Below are positions 9,974 through 17,736 of a stretch of 61,422 nt of DNA, in pieces; the first letter of the stretch is position 1, and each line of letters begins with the position of its first letter. The DNA is from Chlorobiota bacterium. Lineage in GTDB: Bacteria; Bacteroidota; Bacteroidia; Bacteroidales; B39-G9. The position numbers and the translations under genes are program-made. The notes under the pieces are model-generated. The model searched no databases, was not told the origin of the DNA, and was given only the letters and a program-made list of their open reading frames with translations. The stretch is from positions 1 through 61,422 of the forward strand of contig JAADFW010000279.1 of assembly GCA_013152655.1 (NCBI GenBank), given 5' to 3'.

Positions 9974-12424
9974 ATGAAAATTTCATATAACTGGCTGAAA
10001 GAATATGTAAAATGTGACCTTAATTATAACGAAGTATCTACCATTTTAACAGATATTGGATTAGAAGTTGAAGGTATTGAAGAGTTTCAGTCAGTTAAAG
10101 GCGGGTTAGAGGGCTTAATTATTGGTGAAGTAAAAACAAAAGCTAAACATCCTGATGCCGATAAGCTAAGTGTTACAACAGTTGATATTGGTGAACCTGA
10201 ATTATTAAATATTGTTTGTGGCGCACCTAATGTTGACGCCGGACAGAAAGTGGTTGTTGCCCCGGTGGGAACAACACTTTACGATGGTGAAGAAACATTT
10301 AAAATTAAAAAAGCTAAAATCAGGGGAGCATTGTCAGAAGGTATGATTTGTGCTGAAGATGAAATTGGGTTGGGAAATTTGCATGATGGTATTATGGTTT
10401 TAAGCCCGGATGCTGAAGTTGGTTTGGAAGCAAAAAAGTATTTTAACATTGAACATGATTATATTTTTGAAATAGGGTTAACTCCTAATCGTATTGATGG
10501 TGCTTCACATTTTGGAGCAGCCCGGGACCTGGCCTCCTTCTTGAATCTGCAAAAACCAACAAAAGCTACATTGCCTACTGTTGAGCATTTTAAAATTGAC
10601 AACCATGATTTGCCAATTCAGGTAGAAGTAGAAGATTCTGCTGCTTGTCCTCGGTATTCTGGTATTACTTTAACTAATATTGAAGTAAAGGAATCGCCTG
10701 ATTGGTTAAAAACAAGGCTAAAATCAATAGGGTTGAACCCTATTAATAATGTTGTGGACATAACTAATTACGTTTTGCACGAAATAGGCCAGCCACTTCA
10801 TGCTTTTGATGCTGATAAAATTGCGGGTAATAAAGTAATTATTAAAACGCTTAAAAACGGAACAAAATTTACTTGCCTCGATGAAGAAACCAGAGAATTA
10901 AGCAATAATGACTTAATGATTTGTAACGCGAAAGAGGGAATGTGTATAGCCGGAGTATTTGGCGGACTTACTTCAGGAGTTACTGAAAAAACAAAAAACA
11001 TTTTTTTAGAAAGTGCCAATTTTAATCCTGTTTTTATTCGTAAAACCTCAAAAAAACATCTTTTATTTACCGATGCAGCTTTCCGTTTTGAGCGTGGTGC
11101 TGACCCCAATATTACAGTATATGCGCTAAAAAGGGCAGCCATGTTAATTAAGGAAATTGCAGGCGGACAAATTTCTTCTGATATAATTGATGTTTATCCT
11201 GAAACGATTCACAGAACACGAGTGGAAGTTCTATTTCATCATATTGAACGGTTATCCGGTGTGAAAATCCCTTTTGAAACTATAAAAAAAATATTGGAAT
11301 CGCTTGATATTGAAATTATTGGAGAAGATAATAGGGGAATTATTGTTTTAGTTCCTACTTACCGTGTTGATGTAAAAAGAGAAGCTGATGTTATTGAAGA
11401 AATTTTGCGAATATACGGATATAACAATATTGATTTTTCTTCAAAAATTAATTCAACCATTAACCATAAGCAAAAACCTGATATAGATAAACTTCAAAAT
11501 ATTATTTCAGATTTGTTAAGTGCTAACGGTTTTAACGAAATAATGTCAAATTCTTTAACTAAATCAAAATATTACGAGAATTTGGAAACTTATAAAGAAG
11601 AAAATCTTGTCAAAATTTTTAACCCGCTTAGTAAAGATTTGAATTGTATGCGCCAAACATTACTTTATGGCGGATTAGAGTCTGTTGCATATAACATAAA
11701 CAGGAAAAACAGCGATTTAAAGCTTTACGAATTTGGAAATTGTTATACTTATAATGAGGAAAACAAAAGCAGTAATTTACTTAATTCGTTTACTGAACAA
11801 AAAAAACTGGAGCTGTTTATAACAGGAAAAAAATACGAAAACAACTGGGTAAAGGAAAATAAGAACAGTAACTTTTTTGAACTTAAAGCATATGTACTAA
11901 ATGTTTTAGAGCGACTGGGAATTAATATAGAAAATTTAGATTATAAAAGTTGTGAGCCTGATATTTTTGAGGAAGGTGTTGCCATACATTATTCTAATAT
12001 GAAATTGGCTGGCCTTGGTATTGTAAACAGGAAGTTAAATCAACTTTTAGATATAGAACAGGATGTTTTTTATGCTGAAATTCTTTGGGATAATATAGTA
12101 AAACAAATAAAAAAGTACAAGGTTGAATTTATTCCAATGGCAAAATATCCTTCTGTTAAAAGAGATTTAGCTTTGTTGCTTGACAAAGATGTTCGTTTTG
12201 AAGACATTAAAAATATAGCTTTTAAAGCTGAGCGTAAGCTTTTGAAAAAAGTAAATTTGTTTGATGTTTATGAAGGTGACAAGATTGAAAAAGACAAGAA
12301 ATCGTATGCAGTGAGTTTTATATTACAAGATGAACATAAAACCCTTAAGGATAAGCAAATTGATAAAATAATGAATAACCTTATTAAACGATTTGAAAAT
12401 GAACTAAAAGCACAAATTCGGTAG
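9974..12424 (+). CDS. pheT: Phenylalanine--tRNA ligase beta subunit
   Basis: 816 aa. MKISYNWLKEY start, tRNA-binding domain (KHPDADKL), B3/4, B5 and C-terminal FDX-ACB domains recognisable. Confidence 0.95.
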   Translation: MKISYNWLKEYVKCDLNYNEVSTILTDIGLEVEGIEEFQSVKGGLEGLIIGEVKTKAKHPDADKLSVTTVDIGEPELLNIVCGAPNVDAGQKVVVAPVGTTLYDGEETFKIKKAKIRGALSEGMICAEDEIGLGNLHDGIMVLSPDAEVGLEAKKYFNIEHDYIFEIGLTPNRIDGASHFGAARDLASFLNLQKPTKATLPTVEHFKIDNHDLPIQVEVEDSAACPRYSGITLTNIEVKESPDWLKTRLKSIGLNPINNVVDITNYVLHEIGQPLHAFDADKIAGNKVIIKTLKNGTKFTCLDEETRELSNNDLMICNAKEGMCIAGVFGGLTSGVTEKTKNIFLESANFNPVFIRKTSKKHLLFTDAAFRFERGADPNITVYALKRAAMLIKEIAGGQISSDIIDVYPETIHRTRVEVLFHHIERLSGVKIPFETIKKILESLDIEIIGEDNRGIIVLVPTYRVDVKREADVIEEILRIYGYNNIDFSSKINSTINHKQKPDIDKLQNIISDLLSANGFNEIMSNSLTKSKYYENLETYKEENLVKIFNPLSKDLNCMRQTLLYGGLESVAYNINRKNSDLKLYEFGNCYTYNEENKSSNLLNSFTEQKKLELFITGKKYENNWVKENKNSNFFELKAYVLNVLERLGINIENLDYKSCEPDIFEEGVAIHYSNMKLAGLGIVNRKLNQLLDIEQDVFYAEILWDNIVKQIKKYKVEFIPMAKYPSVKRDLALLLDKDVRFEDIKNIAFKAERKLLKKVNLFDVYEGDKIEKDKKSYAVSFILQDEHKTLKDKQIDKIMNNLIKRFENELKAQIR

Positions 12425-12472
12425 GCAGATTTTATTAAAAGAGTCTGTTTATTTGGCTTTAAATGCAATGAA

Positions 12473-12973
12473 ATGAATAGAATTAAAATTATACAAGGAG
12501 ATATTACAAAATTAGAAGTTGATGCTATAGTTAATGCTGCTAATAAAACGTTACTTGGTGGAGGAGGGGTTGATGGAGCTATTCATAGAGCAGCAGGGAG
12601 AAATTTAGTTGAAGAATGCAAAAATCTAAATGGTTGTAATACGGGAGGTGCTAAAATAACTAAAGGTTATAATTTGCCTGCAAAGTATGTTATTCATACT
12701 GTAGGGCCTGTTTGGCATGGTGGAATAAATAATGAAGAAAAACTATTAGAAAGTTGCTATACAGAAAGTTTAAAATTAGCTGTAAATAATGATATTAGAA
12801 CTATTGCATTTCCCAATATTAGTACTGGCGTTTACGGGTTCCCGAAGAGTAAAGCTGCATTTATTGCCAAGCAGGCTGTTGAGGATTTTTTGGCTGAGTA
12901 CAGGAAAATAAAACAGATTACCTTTTGCATTTTCGATGAAGAAAATTTAATGATTTATAAAGATTTGTTTTAA
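12473..12973 (+). CDS. Macro-domain protein (O-acetyl-ADP-ribose deacetylase, YmdB-like)
   Basis: 166 aa. [33 protein letters not shown] and ISTGVYGFP motifs. Confidence 0.9.
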   Translation: MNRIKIIQGDITKLEVDAIVNAANKTLLGGGGVDGAIHRAAGRNLVEECKNLNGCNTGGAKITKGYNLPAKYVIHTVGPVWHGGINNEEKLLESCYTESLKLAVNNDIRTIAFPNISTGVYGFPKSKAAFIAKQAVEDFLAEYRKIKQITFCIFDEENLMIYKDLF

Positions 12974-13100
12974 CCCGAATAATTAACAATCATGGTTTTC
13001 AATTTGTCTGATTAACTTGCTTTAAAGTAAATTTGGTTTTGCGCCGGCTGCCGCTAAAGAAAAAAAACGTTTAGTCTGAGTAAAAAACACTCGAACGATA

Positions 13101-13466
13101 AGAAATCCCCCTCAATTTACTACTGTCATGTCGAAACACAGCGAAGCGAAGTGAGACATCTCTTGCTATTGGTAGGGGATTTCTCAAACATTACCTGCCT
13201 TGCCGGCAGGCAGGCACTTCGTTTCATGTTTTTCGAAATGACATCGTCATTTAACTTTGTTGTTCGGAATTTGTAATCCCGAACTTCATACTCGCTGCTC
13301 ATGATTTGCAATCCTGAGCTTTTCTTTTTACTGCATAGTATAATGTTCTGGATTACAAATTCAATCCAGAACAACTAATTTTTACTTCTTCATACGTGCC
13401 AATGGGACATGTCCCATTGTTGCGTATATGGGACAACTCAGGTGAGTGAAAGCTGAGGATTGCAAA
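13101..13466. repeat. Cluster of at least seven inverted repeats / palindromes (REP- or MITE-like units, or a structured RNA)
   Basis: Inverted-repeat pairs read directly from the sequence. 13101-13110/13175-13184 (10/10). 13125-13153/13215-13242 (imperfect, ~28 nt). GC hairpin 13194-13214. Hairpin 13262-13284. Perfect 10-bp stem 13345-13354/13363-13372. 13305-13322/13449-13466 (17/18). Perfect 20-nt palindrome 13400-13419. Confidence 0.6.
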
Positions 13467-13584
13467 TACAGAGCAGTAGCAATAAATGAAATATGTTAGC
13501 ATAAAATGCTTTGCGGGTTGGTAATTCAAAATTCTTAAATGGGGAGGCTTTCCTAATTGCCCTGAAAGGCAAAAGTGCGATGGC

Positions 13585-14124
13585 TTATAAATCCGCGCGA
13601 GTATTGTTTGGTATTTCTTTAAATAATATTTTCATTGATTTTCTGGAATATATATATAATAGTAATAAAATTATTATGCCAATAATTAATCCAGAATAAA
13701 ACACTAACATAATATTTTTATTTACTACATACTTACTTTTATATAAGACGATAAGATAATTTGTCAAAATTATCCAAATAAAAAACAAAGATTTAATTAA
13801 CAATTTACGACTATTAAATTTTCTGACACCTAAAGCTAAGGATAAGCTACCTAAATAAAAGCAAAGAGTAAAATATAATATAGATGAGATTAAATAATAT
13901 AAGTTTTCGGAAGTATTTATTTGTTCAAACTTATAAAAACTATTTATTCCGTTTTTGTAAAAATCCCATAATTGTTGTCTAAATTCACTAAATAAAAAAA
14001 TAAATAAAATAAATGATATAATAATATTTGCATATCTGGCAGAAATACTATATTCAGTATTTTTAAGATACGATTTTAAAGCATATGGTACAACTATAAT
14101 AACAAAAATTAGAATTTCATACAT
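13585..14124 (-). CDS. Hypothetical multi-pass membrane protein (orphan, very AT-rich)
   Basis: 179 aa with about five hydrophobic helices and no recognisable motif. By eye it is more AT-rich than its neighbours. Confidence 0.5.
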   Translation of the reverse strand: MYEILIFVIIVVPYALKSYLKNTEYSISARYANIIISFILFIFLFSEFRQQLWDFYKNGINSFYKFEQINTSENLYYLISSILYFTLCFYLGSLSLALGVRKFNSRKLLIKSLFFIWIILTNYLIVLYKSKYVVNKNIMLVFYSGLIIGIIILLLLYIYSRKSMKILFKEIPNNTRADL

Positions 14125-14387
14125 TTCCTATAAATTTTTAAATTAACCTGAATTATTCAATATTTAAAAAACTCTTCTGATTTTTATGAGTGGTTCTCAG
14201 GAAGGTAAAAACCGAAGCATTATTTGAGAGTAGATCATTCATAATAATTTTGTTTAATATCTTAGACTATTGATTTTGCTTGAAACCTATCACCAAACTA
14301 AATTTTACAACAACTTAAATATGTTGATATAGTCTAAATTTCCGTAAAAAACGGAACAGGTTGTAGAAAATGTATGCATTTATCGGG

Positions 14388-14957
14388 TTAATACCTCTTT
14401 ATCTTTTTACTCCAATCAATAATATAAGTACAACTGTCATCTCCTTTTAAGCGGGAAGGCTTATTAGTATCTAATTCAACATTTATTGTAATTGCACTAT
14501 TAGGCTTAAATTTTCGTGCCATCGAGGTGATTATTCCTCTGTCAAAATGGCTTGGATATGGATTTTTGCATTCCATGATGGCTTTTTTGTCTTTTTCGCT
14601 ATAAAAAATAAGCTTGTAATAACCTATTTCTCCACCCCTGTGATTCATATGATAGGCAATGTTAATTGATTTAAGCGCTTTTTCAAGAGTATCAATTTTT
14701 GTAGGAAAATTTGCATTTTCAGGAATTGCTTTTCCTATTACTAATAATGTTTTATCTCCCAACTTATCTTTTATTTCTTTAAATACATTCAGCCAGCTTT
14801 GCTGTGAATACCATTTGCCCGGTGCAATATCTACCAACCCTTGTTTTTTAAATAGCTGTAAAGCTATAGTTTCAAACCCTGCCATTGCGTGTACTACAGA
14901 TAGAATAGTTTCGCCGTTTACCTCAACACTATCTTCAAATGCAATAAAACTTGCCAT
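14388..14957 (-). CDS. Hypothetical cytoplasmic protein, last gene of the sensor operon
   Basis: 189 aa with no signal peptide. Lies 148 bp downstream of the 864-aa sensor on the same strand. No family recognised with certainty. Confidence 0.65.
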   Translation of the reverse strand: MASFIAFEDSVEVNGETILSVVHAMAGFETIALQLFKKQGLVDIAPGKWYSQQSWLNVFKEIKDKLGDKTLLVIGKAIPENANFPTKIDTLEKALKSINIAYHMNHRGGEIGYYKLIFYSEKDKKAIMECKNPYPSHFDRGIITSMARKFKPNSAITINVELDTNKPSRLKGDDSCTYIIDWSKKIKRY

Positions 14958-15105
14958 AGTTATTATTTATAAGTAAAGTAAATTTATAATAATTTTTAGC
15001 AATTAAAAAATAAAATTCAGGGGTTGCTTTTATCCACTTGGTAAAAAAATCAATAGTGAAAATAACAATATATTCATACTATATAAAAACCGGATTTTTG
15101 TTGCC

Positions 15106-17700
15106 TTATCCTTTTAATTTACTTAATTCATTCAAAGCTTTTTCTAATTCCTCTTGCTTTTTAAGCAATTCTTCATTTAGCTTTTTTTCTATATTTTCAC
15201 GTGTTTTTCTAAGTTGTTTTTCAAAATTGTTTTGAAGCGACCTTATTTTATCCTGATGTATTTTTTGTAATTCATTAAATTTTTGTTCTGCTTCTTTATA
15301 CCTTTCTATACTTATTTTTAGTTCCTTGTCTTTAACTAATAGAGTTTCATTATTTGCTTTTAATTCTTTTTCGAGTTTCTCATATTTTAACTCAGCTTGT
15401 TTACTTTTTGTAATATTAAGAGCCATATTCAGAACCTTATATGGTTTTCCTTCTATGTCAAATATGGGAGTAAAGGTTTCTGAAAGCCATAATTCTTTAT
15501 CATTAATAGTAAGCTTAATAATTTCTCTTTTGCTAATTCCATCCTTAAAGTACACCCATAAATCAGAATAATGTCTAATATCTTCATCAGAAAGGAAAGG
15601 TAATTCAAGGTGTTTTCGTCCTATTAATTGTTCCATCGACATACCAATTAACTGGCAAAAACTTTCATTAATAGTCAGAATATGGCCTTCCATGTCCATT
15701 TCAATAACCAGAAGATTTTCGTTAAGTGCTTTTAATAAGCCACCCATTTCGGCTTCTCTTCTTGATGCTTCTTCTTGAGTTGCTTGTAATTCTTCTAAAT
15801 TCTGACGCATCTCTTCTTCTTGTGACGCCAATTCTTCAGCTTGTTTTTGAGACTGCTCCAACAATTTGGCAGTTTTTTCATTAACTTTTACAGTTGATAT
15901 GGTTGAAGCTATACTTGTGCCTAATTGCTCAACAAACTCAATTTGGTGTTGTTTAAACTCTTCAAATGAAATTAATTCTATTACACCATAAACTTCATCG
16001 TTTAGTTTTAACGGAACTAATAATATACAACGGGGGTTTGATTTCCCAAGTCCTGAGGTAATATTAACATAATCTTCGGGTACATCAACCATATAAATGG
16101 TTAATTGTTCAAAAGCACAGCGGCCGACTAATCCATCACCCAGCTTAATTTTCTTTTCTACTAATCGGTCGCGGCCATAAGCAATAGCCGATGTTAATTC
16201 AAATTCAACTTCATCGTTTTCTTCAGTTTTGTTAGCGACAAATATGGCACCTTGGTTTGCCTCAATATAATTAATCAGATTACTCATAATCTGAAATGAT
16301 AATTCTTTAATGTTGTCATTATTCTGCCGAAGAATATCACTAAATTTATTCATGCCTTGTGTAGTCCAATTCTGCTTTTCATCTTCTATTTTCCTGTTTT
16401 TTTCTTCTTCTCTTGCAGCAATAAGGCTCTTGCGCATTTCTAATAATGAATTTCCCAGTACATCTTTTTCGCTTAGTAAGTGAAATTCTGCTTCTAAGTT
16501 TCCTTTACCTATTTCAGAAGCAAAACGTGCTGTTGAATTTAGTCCGTTTACTAATGCATTTACCGAATCGGCAATCTCTTCAATTTCATCACCCGATTTA
16601 ATGTTCAGTTTTCTTTTTTCATCAATATCACCTTTTGAAAGATTTTTAACAACTTCAGTTGTTTCCTGAAGAGGCTTTGAAATATTTAAGGTGATAAACC
16701 ATATAAAAACGGCTAAAATGATCAATCCTACAATTCCAACAATTATTGATATTTTTAAATGTCTTTTGGCTTTTTCAATAATTATGGAAATAGGAACTTC
16801 TATAGCCAAAGACCAGGGAGTTACTGTATTGCCAATTGTTAGCGGAGCAAATGAAACATATCGATTATCATCTGTACGAAAAGAAAAATCTCTTCCTTTT
16901 TGTATTTTTTCGGTTATTTTGAATTTTTTTTCAAGCTGTGGAAATACTTCTTTAATCGATTTGCCTTCATAATCATTGTTGGAATGAGAAATAATTACAC
17001 CTAAATTGGAGTTTAAAAATGCATCACTTCCTTCAAATGGATGAATATTAGAAATGATTTTATCAAAACGATCTAAGCTTAGGTCAATGCCTGCTAATCC
17101 TACAAATTTTCCATTGTCTAATATTGGCGAACAAACACTGGTTTCTAAAATTTGATCACCTTCAGAACCTGTATAACTAAATTTATATGGTTCCATAACA
17201 GTTTCCAGTTTTGAAACTTTCATTTTGTAGTATGCACTATTAATGTTGTCTCCTTCAAGGTCAAGTGTGTCTGAATAATATAATATATTTCCATTTGCAT
17301 CGCGATATATTGTAAATCTTGCTCTGCCAAAAGGCTTAAAATAATCTTTGTTTATTGCTTGTAACTCCCAATTAGCCCAAACAGATAAAAAATTTGGATT
17401 TTCAATAGCAATATTTCTTAGTATGTCAGTATATATTGTTGCCCGGCTTTCGTAAGGAACTTCTTTGTAGCCTTTAAAAGCTTCAGCTATTGCCCGTGCA
17501 GAAATCATGTCAACATTTAAGTTTGCTTTTACCTCGTTAGCGTATTCCCTTGCGTACGAATCAGCCAGTTCTTTTGCATTGTTTAAAGCTAACTTGTTTG
17601 CTTTTAATGCAATATAACCAATAGAAGCACTAAAAATTAAAAAAGTTACTAAAGATATAAACAACAATGCTTTAGTCCCTATTTTCATCTTTATTCGCAT
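15106..17700 (-). CDS. Membrane-bound Cache-HAMP-GAF-PAS multi-sensor protein without recognisable output domain
   Basis: 864 aa. TM helix, double-Cache-like periplasmic region (SVCSPILDNGKFVGLAGIDLSLD) and a second TM helix. Then HAMP (ISKPLQETTEVVKNLSKGD...IADSVNALV), GAF (LVGRCAFEQLTIYM...VYGVIELISF), a coiled coil, PAS and a long C-terminal coiled coil. No H-box, HATPase, GGDEF or MCP motifs seen. Confidence 0.8.
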   Translation of the reverse strand: MRIKMKIGTKALLFISLVTFLIFSASIGYIALKANKLALNNAKELADSYAREYANEVKANLNVDMISARAIAEAFKGYKEVPYESRATIYTDILRNIAIENPNFLSVWANWELQAINKDYFKPFGRARFTIYRDANGNILYYSDTLDLEGDNINSAYYKMKVSKLETVMEPYKFSYTGSEGDQILETSVCSPILDNGKFVGLAGIDLSLDRFDKIISNIHPFEGSDAFLNSNLGVIISHSNNDYEGKSIKEVFPQLEKKFKITEKIQKGRDFSFRTDDNRYVSFAPLTIGNTVTPWSLAIEVPISIIIEKAKRHLKISIIVGIVGLIILAVFIWFITLNISKPLQETTEVVKNLSKGDIDEKRKLNIKSGDEIEEIADSVNALVNGLNSTARFASEIGKGNLEAEFHLLSEKDVLGNSLLEMRKSLIAAREEEKNRKIEDEKQNWTTQGMNKFSDILRQNNDNIKELSFQIMSNLINYIEANQGAIFVANKTEENDEVEFELTSAIAYGRDRLVEKKIKLGDGLVGRCAFEQLTIYMVDVPEDYVNITSGLGKSNPRCILLVPLKLNDEVYGVIELISFEEFKQHQIEFVEQLGTSIASTISTVKVNEKTAKLLEQSQKQAEELASQEEEMRQNLEELQATQEEASRREAEMGGLLKALNENLLVIEMDMEGHILTINESFCQLIGMSMEQLIGRKHLELPFLSDEDIRHYSDLWVYFKDGISKREIIKLTINDKELWLSETFTPIFDIEGKPYKVLNMALNITKSKQAELKYEKLEKELKANNETLLVKDKELKISIERYKEAEQKFNELQKIHQDKIRSLQNNFEKQLRKTRENIEKKLNEELLKKQEELEKALNELSKLKG

Positions 17701-17736
17701 AATATTTTATTTTAATAGTGATTTTTAACTAATAAA

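Noticed and set aside
10798-11142. 114-aa antisense ORF inside pheT. The same applies to 18705-19061 and 19853-20263 inside the sensor gene, 47958-48266, 42869-43081, 49931-50182, 57292-57652 and other short track ORFs.
   Set aside because: All are embedded in, or antisense to, strongly supported longer genes and have no recognisable features.
13126-13374. 82-aa ORF on the minus strand inside the macro-domain/orphan-gene spacer
   Set aside because: Its translation is simply the read-through of stacked palindromic repeats. It has no start context or domain, so it is treated as non-coding.
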